A DNA stretch of 64,000 nt from Vicinamibacteria bacterium (GTDB taxonomy: Bacteria; Acidobacteriota; Vicinamibacteria; Fen-336): contig DATMML010000037.1 of the NCBI GenBank assembly GCA_035570235.1, forward strand, positions 152,426 to 216,425, written 5' to 3'. The translations under genes and the position numbers were made by a program. Below, one piece after another: positions 10,346-20,629 of this stretch. How positions within the stretch are numbered: position 1 is the stretch's first letter; every line of letters begins with the position of its first letter. The notes under the pieces were generated by a model. The model did not search any database. It saw only the letters and a list, made by a program, of their open reading frames with translations, and was not told the DNA's origin.

Positions 10346-11055
10346 GCCGCCCGGCCGTGGGCGTCACCATCGGCTACGACGAGCGGCGCTCGGGCTTGTA
10401 CCTGCTGCGGCAGGACTACCTGCGATCGGTGGAGGCGGCGGGGGGGCTGCCCCTGGTCCTGGCCCCCGGCCGGCCGGAGGACGCCTCCGAGTTGCTCCAC
10501 CGCGTAGACGCCCTGATCCTGACCGGGGGGAGTGACGTGGATCCTGCCCTTTACGGGCAGGCCCCCCACCCCAAGCTCGGGCGCGTCATCCGCGAGCGGG
10601 ACGACTTCGAGCTGGCCCTGTGTCGGGAGGCCCTCCGCCGCGACCTGCCCCTCCTCGCTATCTGTCGGGGACACCAGGTGTTAAACGTTGCCACGGGCGG
10701 AACACTGATCCAGGACATCCCGTCTGAGCTGACAGGAGGGCTCGACCACGACCCGCGCTGCGAGCGCTGGGAGCGGGCCCACGATGTGCGGATCCACAAC
10801 GGGACCCGGCTTCGTGAGATCCTGGGCAGGGAGACGATTTCGGTGAACAGCTTCCACCATCAAGCCGTCGACCAGCTGGGACAGGGCCTTACGGTCTCCG
10901 CCTTCACGAGCGACGAGAGGATAGTGGAGGGCATCGAAAGCCCCGGCCACCGCTTTGTCCTCGGGGTCCAGTGGCACCCCGAGGCCTTCTGGAACCGGGA
11001 CGACGGGTTCCAGACCCTCTTCGGGGCCCTGGTGAGGACGGCCGCGGCGGCATGA
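10342..11055 (+). CDS. class I glutamine amidotransferase / gamma-glutamyl-GABA hydrolase-like (peptidase C26)
   Basis: GVTIGYD...LILTGGSDVDPALYG...LAICRGHQVLNVATGG...WHPE motifs (Cys-His triad); GTG start overlaps the argS stop. Confidence 0.75.
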   Translation: MSRPAVGVTIGYDERRSGLYLLRQDYLRSVEAAGGLPLVLAPGRPEDASELLHRVDALILTGGSDVDPALYGQAPHPKLGRVIRERDDFELALCREALRRDLPLLAICRGHQVLNVATGGTLIQDIPSELTGGLDHDPRCERWERAHDVRIHNGTRLREILGRETISVNSFHHQAVDQLGQGLTVSAFTSDERIVEGIESPGHRFVLGVQWHPEAFWNRDDGFQTLFGALVRTAAAA

Positions 11056-11882
11056 TTTCCTCTCTGGCCCTGAGCCTCTTCCTCGCGGGCGCCGGCTCCC
11101 CCGCCGGCATCAAGTGGGAGCGCCAGTTCGACGAGGCCCTCAAGAAGGCCAAGGCCGCGCGCAAGCCAGTCATCGTGAACTTCTGGGCGGAGTGGTGCGG
11201 ATGGTGCCGCCGGCTCGACAGGACCACCTACGCGGACCCCGTGGTCGCCCGCATCGCGGAGGACTTCGTGGCCGTGCGGGTGAACACCGAAGGCAGCAAG
11301 AAGGAGGTCGCGGTCGCCCTGCACTACGACGTCTCCTCTCTGCCCACCGTCGTCTTTCTCACTCCCGCCGGACGCCAGCTCTCCCGCGTCAACGGCTTCC
11401 AGGGACCGGGGGAGTTCCCCCACACGCTCTCTCGGGTCCTTCAGGAAGCCCAGAAGGTGATGGCCTGGGAGGCCGCCCTCGAGGAGAACCCCAAGGACGC
11501 GGCCACCCTCGCCAGCCTGGGCATCCACCTGTTCGACCAGGAGTTCTACGACGAGGGCGGGGACCTTCTGGAGCGGGCCCGATGGGCGGACGCGGAGCAG
11601 CCGGTCGCCAACCGCCGGAAGATCCGCCTGCTTCTGGCCATGCTCCAGAACAACCGGCACCACTACGCCGAGGCCGAGACTCTTCTCAAGGAAGCCCTCG
11701 CCTTCCGGCCCCCGGGAGAGGACGGCGCCAAGCTGCTCTTCGTTCTCGGCCGGACCTATGTGGCCTGGGGACGCGCCGCGGATGCGCGCGTGACCCTGCA
11801 GCAGATCATCAACGACTACGCCCAGAACCCTCTGGCCCAGAAAGCCCGAGACACCTTAGTCGCCCTCGACCACACCAAGTAG
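11052..11882 (+). CDS. thioredoxin-fold protein with TPR-like C-terminal region
   Basis: Signal peptide; WAEWCGWC CxxC active-site motif (DUF255/thioredoxin-like); helical TPR-like tail. Confidence 0.6.
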   Translation: MISSLALSLFLAGAGSPAGIKWERQFDEALKKAKAARKPVIVNFWAEWCGWCRRLDRTTYADPVVARIAEDFVAVRVNTEGSKKEVAVALHYDVSSLPTVVFLTPAGRQLSRVNGFQGPGEFPHTLSRVLQEAQKVMAWEAALEENPKDAATLASLGIHLFDQEFYDEGGDLLERARWADAEQPVANRRKIRLLLAMLQNNRHHYAEAETLLKEALAFRPPGEDGAKLLFVLGRTYVAWGRAADARVTLQQIINDYAQNPLAQKARDTLVALDHTK

Positions 11883-11888
11883 ACCGGT

Positions 11889-12839
11889 CTATTCTCCGGG
11901 TGCCAGAGGAGGGGAGCGGCCCAGGAACTCCACCAGGAGGCGCGCTACCTCCGCCGGACGCTCCTCCTGGGGAAGATGCCCACAGTCCTCAAGGAGCACC
12001 ACACGCGAGCCGGAGATGGCCCGCGCGAACCGATCGGCGTCCGGGGGTGGGATCCAGGCGTCGTACCGGCCCCACAGAATGAGGGTCGGGGCCTGGACCC
12101 GGGGGGCGAGCTCGGCCACCGCCCCCGGATGGAGGCGAAGCGTGGCTAAGAGGGACCGGGTGGCGGCGGGGGCCCCCGGCCGCAGCATGGGGGCCGCGTA
12201 CTCCTCCAGCCGCTCCGGGGTCACGAGGGCGCGGTCGTGGAAAACCTGGCGGAGGGCCGCCCCTACCAGGAGCCGCCGCACCGGGAGGTGGTCGATGAGC
12301 GCCGCCATCGGCCGGAAGCCCGCGACCCGGATCAGGAAGGGCCGGTCCCGCGCGGCCAGGTTGAAGCCCGCGGCGTCGATGAGGACGAGGCGGCCCACCC
12401 GCGAGGGATCGGTGGCCGCGAGCACCACCGCCAGCGCCCCCCCCATGCTGTTGCCCACGAGGTCGGCCCGGGCAATCCCCAGACGGTCGAGGAGGGCCCG
12501 GACCACGCGGGGGTACAACTCGAACGAGAGGTCGGCGGGCAGGTCGGAACCGCCGAAGCCGGGCAGGTCGAGGGCCACCACGTCATGGCCCTCACTAAGG
12601 GTGGGAAGGACATCCTTCCAGGTGTAGATCGAGGAGGCAAAGCCGTGCAGGAGCACGACCGCGGGGCCCCGGCCCGCACGCACGTAGCGGACGCGCAAAC
12701 CCTCCACCGTCTCGTAGCGCGGGGTGAGGCCGGAGTTCTGCAGCCAGGCCCCGGTCGGCCCCGGCGGAGCTTCGCCCCGCAGCACGAGGCCGATGAGGGC
12801 GGCCGTCACGACCCCGATCACGAAGAGGGCGCGACGCAC
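11889..12839 (-). CDS. alpha/beta hydrolase fold protein
   Basis: VVLLHGF...GNSMGG nucleophile elbow; GTG start chosen after a GGAGAG RBS (ORF track extends further 5'). Confidence 0.7.
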   Translation of the reverse strand: MRRALFVIGVVTAALIGLVLRGEAPPGPTGAWLQNSGLTPRYETVEGLRVRYVRAGRGPAVVLLHGFASSIYTWKDVLPTLSEGHDVVALDLPGFGGSDLPADLSFELYPRVVRALLDRLGIARADLVGNSMGGALAVVLAATDPSRVGRLVLIDAAGFNLAARDRPFLIRVAGFRPMAALIDHLPVRRLLVGAALRQVFHDRALVTPERLEEYAAPMLRPGAPAATRSLLATLRLHPGAVAELAPRVQAPTLILWGRYDAWIPPPDADRFARAISGSRVVLLEDCGHLPQEERPAEVARLLVEFLGRSPPLAPGE

Positions 12840-12891
12840 GCTTCTCTCCTCACCACCAGAGCCGCCCCATCCACCGCCTTGGCGTCGGCCG

Positions 12892-13455
12892 CTATTCGAA
12901 GCAGGCCACGAGGAGCGCTTTGCCCCTCCCGGTCTTGTTCTCCGGGCGGCATGACTTGCCCGATTCGGCGCAGCACCAGCAGGCATCCATCGCCTCGCCC
13001 GTGCCGCCGCTCGGGATCACCGAGTCCGTGACGGGACCGGCGTCGGGCTTGCCGCAGGCGCCACCCACCTCGGGAGCGGTCCGCAGCACCACCCGCGAGT
13101 CCGTCATGTTCAGGTAGAGGGGGGTCGAGGCGCTGCCCGGGAAAGCGACCGCGGTGACCCTCTTATCGTTGGCGTCGATCGGACGGTAGATGACGACCAT
13201 GGAGCTGCCCGGCTTGAAGCGCGCCACCTCGGCCACGACCGCAGGCTCGAAGCTCCAGGCCAACTTCTCGCCACTGTTGGACTTCATCACCACGCGGTTC
13301 AGAGCGGGGTCGACGCTCTCCAGCGTCCCGTAGACACTCTTGTGGGGTCGGGGCGGGCCGGCGGTCATCTGCGCCCAAGACCGAGGCGCCATGGCCACGA
13401 GCGCGAGCGGCAGAACGGCTAGCCCCCGAGCGCGAGCGGACCCTAATGAGCCCAT
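12892..13455 (-). CDS. secreted hypothetical protein with C-terminal Cys-rich motif
   Basis: Signal peptide (…SWAQ); C-terminal ACGKP...DACWCCAESGKSC...ACFE cysteine cluster. Confidence 0.45.
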   Translation of the reverse strand: MGSLGSARARGLAVLPLALVAMAPRSWAQMTAGPPRPHKSVYGTLESVDPALNRVVMKSNSGEKLAWSFEPAVVAEVARFKPGSSMVVIYRPIDANDKRVTAVAFPGSASTPLYLNMTDSRVVLRTAPEVGGACGKPDAGPVTDSVIPSGGTGEAMDACWCCAESGKSCRPENKTGRGKALLVACFE

Positions 13456-13599
13456 CTTGTCCTCCCTGGTGAGTCACCGTCCGGGCGCCCACCGACACGA
13501 GACGGTACCATCGAACCAACCTGGGGCAGAACGCCCCCCGACTCGGCCACCCCGCCAGACGATCTCCCGACCGCGGTCACCCCGGAATCTCGTGGAGCC

Positions 13600-14364
13600 T
13601 CAACCCCCGAGCAAGCGCCTGAGCTCGGGCAGGGCCTTGGTGACGGCCTCCTCCCCCGCCGCGAAGAAGCTCGGGATCTTCCGCGGGCGCATCCAGCCCG
13701 AGTCGCCCATGGCGGGGGCGATCACGAGGTCCGCGCCCTGCAGCTCGCTGCGCGTCCGGCCCCGCAGGAGGGTGAGGCCCGCCCGGAGGGCCAGGGCCAC
13801 GAAGGAGTCGGCGGCCGGCCAGCGGGTCCCGCTGTTCACGTCCACCGCCACCACCACCCCCGTCTCCTCCGCCATCTCCCGGGCCAGGCGGACGGGGACC
13901 ACCTCCGAGATGCCGCCGTCGTAGAGCCGGCGGCCATTCAGGACCATGGGCGGGAAGACGCCGGGGAAGCTGCACGACGCTCGCACCGCGTCGCGCAGGT
14001 CGCCCTCGCGCAGCACCACCGGCTCGCCGGTGTCGACGTCGGTGGCGAGAACGCGCACGGGCACCCGCAGGCCCTCGAAGGTGGGGACGGGCAGGAACTC
14101 GTCGATCAAGACCCCGAGCTTGGTGCCGGAAAGCAGCCCGCCCCCCCAGCCCCGCACCCACATCCAGGGATGAAGCCGGGAGGCCTGCTCCACGAGCTTC
14201 TCGAGGTCGGCCCCTCCCGCCCAGGCGGCCGCCACCAGGGCCCCCCCGCTCACGCCGGCAATGCCCGCCGCCGGCATTCCCTCGCGGTCGAGGGCGTGCA
14301 GCACTCCGGCATGGGCCGCCCCGTGGGCGCCCCCGCCCGAGAGCGCGAGATAAAGAGGCTTCAT
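13600..14364 (-). CDS. patatin-like phospholipase
   Basis: GGGAHGAAHAG oxyanion motif, GVSGG nucleophile elbow and DGG catalytic Asp. Confidence 0.75.
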   Translation of the reverse strand: MKPLYLALSGGGAHGAAHAGVLHALDREGMPAAGIAGVSGGALVAAAWAGGADLEKLVEQASRLHPWMWVRGWGGGLLSGTKLGVLIDEFLPVPTFEGLRVPVRVLATDVDTGEPVVLREGDLRDAVRASCSFPGVFPPMVLNGRRLYDGGISEVVPVRLAREMAEETGVVVAVDVNSGTRWPAADSFVALALRAGLTLLRGRTRSELQGADLVIAPAMGDSGWMRPRKIPSFFAAGEEAVTKALPELRRLLGG

Positions 14365-14498
14365 GGCGTCAACCCCGGCCCCCGCCCGCCTCGTCCCCGT
14401 CCCCCACTCTTCTCGTCATTGAAGATGCCCTGCCCTCGGGAGTCAAGACCGGCGGGGGTGGGCTTGGCCCGGACCGCGGACGCTCCCAGTCTTCGAGC

Positions 14499-17400
14499 CT
14501 AGGCGCGGGCCAGGGCGTGGATCTCCTGCAGGCTGACGAGGTCCGTGGCCCGTTCCCGGAGGGCGTGGATGGCGTGGACGGTGGCGGCGGTGGCGGTCAA
14601 GGTGGTCACGACCAGCACCCCGTGCAGGGTGGCGCTCTTGCGGATGGCCCCGTCGTCATAGAAGGACTCGCGGCCGAGGGGGGTATTGAACACGATGGCG
14701 ATTTTCCGGCTCTTGATCAGATCCACCACGTTGGGCCGACCCTCGTTGACCTTGTAGACCATCTGCGCCGCCACCCCGTGCGCGTTCAGGTATTCCGCAG
14801 TGCCCCGGGTGGCCAGGATCGCAAACCCCATCTCCGCGAGGTCCCGCGCGTGGGGCAGGACCCCGGCTTTGTCGTGGTTGTTCACGCTGATGAAGACGGT
14901 GCCGGAGGTGGGGATCTGGAAGCCGGAGGCCATCTGGGCCTTCGCGAAGGCGATGCCGAAGTCCTCGGAGATGCCCATGACCTCCCCCGTGGATTTCATC
15001 TCCGGCCCCAAGATGATGTCGGTGCCGGGGAGCTTGAGGAAGGGGAAGACGGACTCCTTGACGAAGATGCGGGAGACGGTCAGGTCTTCGGTGACGCCTT
15101 GGGCGGCCAGGCTCTTGCCGGCCATGATCCGCGCCGCCACCTTGGCCAGTGGCACCCCGGTGGCCTTGCTCACGAAGGGGGTGGTGCGCGAGGCGCGGGG
15201 GTTCACCTCCAGGACATAGACCACGTCGTTCTTGATGGCGTACTGCACGTTCATGAGCCCGCGCACCCCCAGGGCAAGCCCGAGCTGGCGGGTATAGCGG
15301 CGGATGGTCTCCAGGTGGGGGGCGCTGATGCGGTAGGTGGGCAGAACCATGGCGGAGTCGCCGCTGTGGATCCCCGCCTCCTCGATGTGCTGGAGGATGC
15401 CCCCGATCACCACCCGCTCGCCGTCCCCCAGCGCGTCCACGTCCACCTCGAAGGCGTCCTCCAGGAAGCGGTCCACCAGGATGGGGTGCTCGGGAGAGGC
15501 TTTCACCGCCTCCCGCACGTAGCCCTCCAGGCTCCCCTCGTCGTAGACGATGGCCATGGCCCGGCCTCCCAGGACGTAGGAGGGCCGCACGAGCACGGGG
15601 TAGCCGATGTGGCGGGCGATGACCTTGGCCTCCTCGAGCGAGGTCGCGCTCCCGTTGTCGGGCTGGGGGATCTTGAGCTGGCTCAGGAGGGCGCTGAATC
15701 GCTGGCGGTCCTCGGCGAGGTCTACCGCGTCCGGGCTGGTGCCCAGGATGCGCACCCCCGCCTGGTGCAGGGGCACGGCCAGCCGGAGGGGGGTCTGGCC
15801 CCCGAACTGGATCACCACCCCCGCCGGCTTCTCCAGCTCCAGGACGTTCATCACGTCCTCGAAGGTCAGGGGCTCGAAGTAGAGGCGGTCGGAGGTATCG
15901 TAGTCGGTGGAGACCGTCTCCGGGTTGCAGTTGATCATGATGGTCTCGTACCCCTCCTCCTTGAAGGCGAAGGAGGCGTGGCAGCAGCAGTAGTCGAACT
16001 CGATCCCCTGCCCGATGCGGTTGGGCCCGCTGCCCAGAATCACCACCTTCTTGCGGTCCGTGGGCTCGGCTTCGCACTCCCGCTCGTAGGTCGAGTAGAG
16101 GTAGGGGGTATGCGACTCGAATTCCGCCGCGCAGGTGTCCACGCGCTTGTAGACGGGGACGATACCGGCCCCGATCCGCCGTGCCCGCACCCCCGCTTCG
16201 CTCGCGCCCGTGAGCTGGGCCAGGTGGAGGTCAGAGAACCCCATGCGCTTGGCCTGGCGGAGGGTCCTGTCGTCGACCCCGGGGAGGCCGGGGCCGGGGG
16301 GCGCGGGGGCAGGAGGGGGCGCCCCCCCCGGGGCCGAGTCGGGGGGGAGGGCCTGGCCGCCCGCCCGCGCCACGACCTCTCTCTGCATGTCCACGATCTG
16401 CTGAACCTGGTCCAGGAACCAGGGATCGATCCCGGTCATGCGGTGGATCTCCGCGTGCGGCCAGCCCAGCTCGAGGGCCCGCTTCACGTAGAAGATCCGG
16501 TCGGGGTCGGGAGAGAGGATCTTCTCCTTGATCCGGCGGTCGTCGAGGTCGGCGCGGTTGAAGCCGGAGCTGCTGATCTCCAGCCCCCGCAGCCCCTTCT
16601 GGAGGGCCTCCTTGAAGGTGCGGCCGATGGCCATCACCTCCCCCACCGACTTCATTTGCGTGCCCAGGGTGGGGTTCGCGTCCGGGAACTTCTCGAAGGC
16701 CCAGCGGGGGATCTTCACCACCACGTAGTCCAGCACGGGCTCGAAGCAGGCGGGGGTCACGCGCGTGATGTCGTTTCGGATCTCGTCCAGGTGATAGCCG
16801 ATGGCGAGGAGGGCGGCGATCTTGGCGATGGGAAAGCCGGTGGCCTTGCTGGCCAGGGCGGACGAGCGCGAGACCCGGGGATTCATCTCGATCACGACCA
16901 TGCGGCCGGTGCGGGGGTCGACCGCGAACTGGATGTTGGAGCCCCCCGTCTCCACCCCCACCTCGCGGATGATGGCGCGGGACGCGTTGCGCATGGCCTG
17001 GTACTCGCGGTCGGTCAGGGTCTGGGCGGGGGCCACGGTCACGGAGTCGCCGGTGTGGATCCCCATGGGATCGAAGTTCTCGATCGAGCAGATGACCACG
17101 AAGTTGTCCGCGCGGTCCCGCATGACCTCCAGCTCGTACTCCTTCCACCCGATCACGGACTCCTCGATGAGGATCTCGTGCACGGGGGAGAGATCGAGGC
17201 CCCGCTCGACCAGGTCCTCGAACTCCTCCATGTTGTAGACGATCCCGCCCCCCGTTCCCCCCAGGGTGAAGGAGGGCCGGATCACCGCGGGTAGGCCCGT
17301 GTACTCCAGGACGGAGCGGGCCTCCCCCACCCGGCGGGCAAAGCCGCTCCGGGGCACCTCCAGGCCGATGCGGCCCATGGCCTCCTTGAAAAGCCGCCGG

Positions 17401-17783
17401 TCCTCCCCCACCTCTACCGCCCGCCGGCTGGCCCCGATCAGGCGGGTGCCCAGCCGGTCCAGGACCCCGCGCTTCGACAGCTCCACGGCCAGGTTGAGGG
17501 CGGTCTGGCCGCCCACGGTGGGGAGGAGCGCGTCCGGCCGTTCCCGCTCCAGGATGGCGGTCAAGACCTCGGGGGTCAGGGGCTCCACATAGGTGCGATC
17601 CGCGTACTCCGGGTCGGTCATGATCGTGGCCGGGTTGGAGTTCACGAGCGAGACCCTGAGCCCCTCCTTGCGCAGGACCTTGATGGCCTGGGTGCCGGAG
17701 TAGTCGAACTCGCAGGCCTGGCCGATCACGATCGGTCCGGAGCCAATTACGAGGACGGAGTGGAGAGTGGGGTCCTTGGGCAT
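14499..17783 (-). CDS. carB: carbamoyl-phosphate synthase large subunit
   Basis: 1094 aa, duplicated ATP-grasp halves, highly conserved CarB N-terminus ([24 protein letters not shown]), MGS-like C-terminus. Confidence 0.95.
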   Translation of the reverse strand: MPKDPTLHSVLVIGSGPIVIGQACEFDYSGTQAIKVLRKEGLRVSLVNSNPATIMTDPEYADRTYVEPLTPEVLTAILERERPDALLPTVGGQTALNLAVELSKRGVLDRLGTRLIGASRRAVEVGEDRRLFKEAMGRIGLEVPRSGFARRVGEARSVLEYTGLPAVIRPSFTLGGTGGGIVYNMEEFEDLVERGLDLSPVHEILIEESVIGWKEYELEVMRDRADNFVVICSIENFDPMGIHTGDSVTVAPAQTLTDREYQAMRNASRAIIREVGVETGGSNIQFAVDPRTGRMVVIEMNPRVSRSSALASKATGFPIAKIAALLAIGYHLDEIRNDITRVTPACFEPVLDYVVVKIPRWAFEKFPDANPTLGTQMKSVGEVMAIGRTFKEALQKGLRGLEISSSGFNRADLDDRRIKEKILSPDPDRIFYVKRALELGWPHAEIHRMTGIDPWFLDQVQQIVDMQREVVARAGGQALPPDSAPGGAPPPAPAPPGPGLPGVDDRTLRQAKRMGFSDLHLAQLTGASEAGVRARRIGAGIVPVYKRVDTCAAEFESHTPYLYSTYERECEAEPTDRKKVVILGSGPNRIGQGIEFDYCCCHASFAFKEEGYETIMINCNPETVSTDYDTSDRLYFEPLTFEDVMNVLELEKPAGVVIQFGGQTPLRLAVPLHQAGVRILGTSPDAVDLAEDRQRFSALLSQLKIPQPDNGSATSLEEAKVIARHIGYPVLVRPSYVLGGRAMAIVYDEGSLEGYVREAVKASPEHPILVDRFLEDAFEVDVDALGDGERVVIGGILQHIEEAGIHSGDSAMVLPTYRISAPHLETIRRYTRQLGLALGVRGLMNVQYAIKNDVVYVLEVNPRASRTTPFVSKATGVPLAKVAARIMAGKSLAAQGVTEDLTVSRIFVKESVFPFLKLPGTDIILGPEMKSTGEVMGISEDFGIAFAKAQMASGFQIPTSGTVFISVNNHDKAGVLPHARDLAEMGFAILATRGTAEYLNAHGVAAQMVYKVNEGRPNVVDLIKSRKIAIVFNTPLGRESFYDDGAIRKSATLHGVLVVTTLTATAATVHAIHALRERATDLVSLQEIHALARA

Positions 17784-17859
17784 CGACCCATCAGTATCTC
17801 ACGGTGGAGTCGCCCCCGCAGACGGACGCGGGGAGCGCGGCCGCCTGGCCCTTCCGGCC

Positions 17860-18969
17860 TCAGGCCGGCCGGTGGGCCGCCATGAGCGCGATGAACTCCT
17901 GAAAGAGGTAGTGGCTGTCGTGGGGGCCGGGGCTGGCCTCGGGATGGTACTGGACGGAAATCACGGGCAGGTCCCGGTGGCGGAAGCCCTCCACAGTGCC
18001 GTCGTTCAGGTTCACGTGGGTCTGGATGAACTCGGGTCGGGCGAAGAGGGACGGATCCACGGCGAAGCCGTGGTTCTGGGATGTGATCTCGACCTGCCCG
18101 CTCTTGAGGTTCTTGACCGGATGGTTGGCCCCGCGGTGGCCGAACTTGAGCTTGAAGGTCTTCCCCCCGCAGGCCAAGCCCAGGATCTGGTGCCCGAGGC
18201 AAATCCCGAACACCGGCACCTTCTCCATGAGGACCCGGGTCGCCTCCACCGCGTAGGTGCACGGCTCGGGGTCTCCGGGGCCGTTGGAGAGGAAGATGCC
18301 GTCGGGTTTGAGGGCCAAGGCATCCCGCGCGGAGGTCGTGGCCGGCACCACCGTCACCTGGCAGCCGCCGGCGGCCAGGCTGCGCAGGATGTTCCGCTTC
18401 ATGCCGAAGTCGTAGGCCACCACCCGGTAAGGCAGGCTCTTCGGCCCCGACCCCGCCTCCAATCGATAGGGTTCCGGGCAGGTGACCTCCCGGGCCAGGT
18501 CCAGGCCGATCATGGAGCGGGAGCCCCGCGCGCGCTCCACGAGCGCGGCCCCGTCCCGGGAGAGGGTGGAGATGATGCCCCGCTTGGCCCCGTGGGTGCG
18601 CAGGTGGCGGGTGAGGGCGCGGGTGTCGATCTCGCTGATGCCCACCACCCCCGCCTCGTCCAGGTAGCGGTGCAGCTCCCCCGACGCCCGCCAGGAGGAG
18701 GCCATGGTCGAGACCTCCCGGACCACGAAACCCGCGACCTGGGGGCGCGCTGACTCCACGTCCTCGCGGTTGATGCCGTAGTTGCCGATGTGGGGGTAGG
18801 TCATGGTCACGATCTGCCCCGCGTAGGAGGGATCGGTCAGGACTTCCTGGTAGCCACAGAGGGCGGTGTTGAACACCACCTCTCCCGTGACCTCTCCGGC
18901 GCGCCCGAAGGACTGTCCCTCGAAGAGGGTGCCGTCCTCCAAGGCTAGCGTCGCCGATCGGTGCTCCAC
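17860..18969 (-). CDS. carA: carbamoyl-phosphate synthase small subunit (glutamine amidotransferase)
   Basis: CarA N-domain plus GATase with GICLGHQ and HGFAV motifs; GTG start after a [14 protein letters not shown] (ORF track extends further 5'). Confidence 0.9.
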   Translation of the reverse strand: MEHRSATLALEDGTLFEGQSFGRAGEVTGEVVFNTALCGYQEVLTDPSYAGQIVTMTYPHIGNYGINREDVESARPQVAGFVVREVSTMASSWRASGELHRYLDEAGVVGISEIDTRALTRHLRTHGAKRGIISTLSRDGAALVERARGSRSMIGLDLAREVTCPEPYRLEAGSGPKSLPYRVVAYDFGMKRNILRSLAAGGCQVTVVPATTSARDALALKPDGIFLSNGPGDPEPCTYAVEATRVLMEKVPVFGICLGHQILGLACGGKTFKLKFGHRGANHPVKNLKSGQVEITSQNHGFAVDPSLFARPEFIQTHVNLNDGTVEGFRHRDLPVISVQYHPEASPGPHDSHYLFQEFIALMAAHRPA

Positions 18970-19295
18970 TCTTCCCGTCCCTCTCCTCCGCGGGGCCCGC
19001 GCCCACGGTCGCACTAAGGATATCCGGCCTCGGCTTCTCGTCCAAGGACCGAACCGCTCAACTTCACGCTTGCCTTTTGCGCCCCCCTCTGGAAGGATTC
19101 GCAGCGCATGCCTCACCTCCGCTTGCTGGCCCTGGCGATGGCCTTCGCCCCCGGCGAAGCCCTGGTCCAGCAGGAGGGGTGCCGCCCTCATCGACGCCGG
19201 CGCGCACCCCGGAGCCGCCCAGGCCTGTCCTGGGCGAATGCGTCGAGGTCTCCTTCGGCTACACCTGCAACCATCCCTCGAGAGGCGTGGAACTC

Positions 19296-20540
19296 CCCCA
19301 CGCAATGAGAAGCATGACGACCAAATGGCCCTGGGTACTAGCGATAACCCTGCTCGCCACGTCTTCCCGTGGGGTGAGTCAGGCCGGCGAGCCCGCCGAC
19401 CCTCCGACGCCGGCCGTCGAGGCTCAGCCGCCGCCCCCAGAAAGACCGCCAGAACCGCCCTCTTCCCCGTCGAATCCCGAATGGCAATATGGCGGCTTTG
19501 CAGATGTCGGTTACCTCCACGATTTCAACGATCCCTCCAACCACCTGTTCCGGAGCCGTGGCACCACGTTTCACGTCAACGAAGTGGACTTGAACATGGC
19601 CGGGCTCTATTTGAGGAAATCGACGTCGGAGACCTCGCGCTGGGGAACGGAGCTGACGCTGCAGGCCGGCAAAGATTCGGAGGTCTTCGGATTTTCCGCA
19701 ACCGCACCCAATCTCGCCGGTTCCAATTGGCTCCGGCATCTGGGCCCAACGAACGTCTCCTACCTTGTGCCGGTCGGGAAGGGACTCACCCTTCAGGGCG
19801 GAATCTTCGGCAGCTTTATCGGGTACGACTCCCTCTACGCCAAGGACAATCTCAACTACACGCGCCCGTGGGGTGCAGATTTCACGCCCTACTTCATGTT
19901 GGGCGTGAACGCTCAATACCCGTTCTCTGCAAAACTGACCGCAACTCTGCTCCTGCTCAACGGCTATTGGCACCTGGCCCACGCCAACAACGTTCCCAGT
20001 GCAGGTGGCCAGCTTGCGTACAAGGCGACCGAACATCTGACCTTGAAGGAAACGGTTCTTTACGGGCCGCACCAGTCCGACACCTCGCTCGCGCTCTGGC
20101 GTTTCCTATCCGACAGCATCGCCGAATGGAAGGGGGAGCGACTCACCGTGGCCTTCGACTATTTCGTCGGAACGGAGAGAATCGCCGCTCCCGGAAATCC
20201 CCGAGCGCTCTGGATGTCCGCCCAACTGCCGCTGCACCGCGTGATCAACCCTCGACTCAGCCTCACGATCCGCCCTGAGGTCTACTGGGACCGCGACGGC
20301 CGCACCACGGGATTCCAACAGACGGTGAAGGCGAATACGACGACGCTCGAGTACCGAATTCCGCTCCGCCGCGCCAGCGCCATCCTGCGGCTAGAGCACC
20401 GCATCGACGATTCACGCGGACCCGGCGGAGGCTTCTTCAATGACGGAGAGCTGTCGCCGGGAGTCGTCGGCCTCACGCCAACCCAGAATCTCCTGGGCCT
20501 AGGGGTGATACTGACTTTCGACTCGAGCTCCCATCCTTGA
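19296..20540 (+). CDS. putative outer-membrane beta-barrel protein / porin
   Basis: Signal peptide, Pro-rich linker, alternating amphipathic β-strand pattern, aromatic C-terminus; GC content visibly lower than flanks. Confidence 0.45.
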   Translation, partial: PHAMRSMTTKWPWVLAITLLATSSRGVSQAGEPADPPTPAVEAQPPPPERPPEPPSSPSNPEWQYGGFADVGYLHDFNDPSNHLFRSRGTTFHVNEVDLNMAGLYLRKSTSETSRWGTELTLQAGKDSEVFGFSATAPNLAGSNWLRHLGPTNVSYLVPVGKGLTLQGGIFGSFIGYDSLYAKDNLNYTRPWGADFTPYFMLGVNAQYPFSAKLTATLLLLNGYWHLAHANNVPSAGGQLAYKATEHLTLKETVLYGPHQSDTSLALWRFLSDSIAEWKGERLTVAFDYFVGTERIAAPGNPRALWMSAQLPLHRVINPRLSLTIRPEVYWDRDGRTTGFQQTVKANTTTLEYRIPLRRASAILRLEHRIDDSRGPGGGFFNDGELSPGVVGLTPTQNLLGLGVILTFDSSSHP

Positions 20541-20629
20541 GAACCGGATCTTGCCGAGAAGAGATACGGCAAGGGTCGGCCATCGCCCTCCGGGGGGCGC
20601 GCCCTTACGTGGTTGGCCCTCGCGTCCCC

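Noticed and set aside
14517-17294. 925-aa plus-strand ORF and several other long ORFs overlapping carB
   Set aside because: carB on the minus strand is unambiguous; the others are GC-driven open frames with Gly/Asp/His-rich nonsense translations.
17747-19045. 432-aa minus-strand ORF overlapping carA in another frame, plus the 5' extension of the carA track ORF (18970..19305)
   Set aside because: Low-complexity; the carA start is set at the GTG after a strong RBS, giving a 370-aa protein of normal length.
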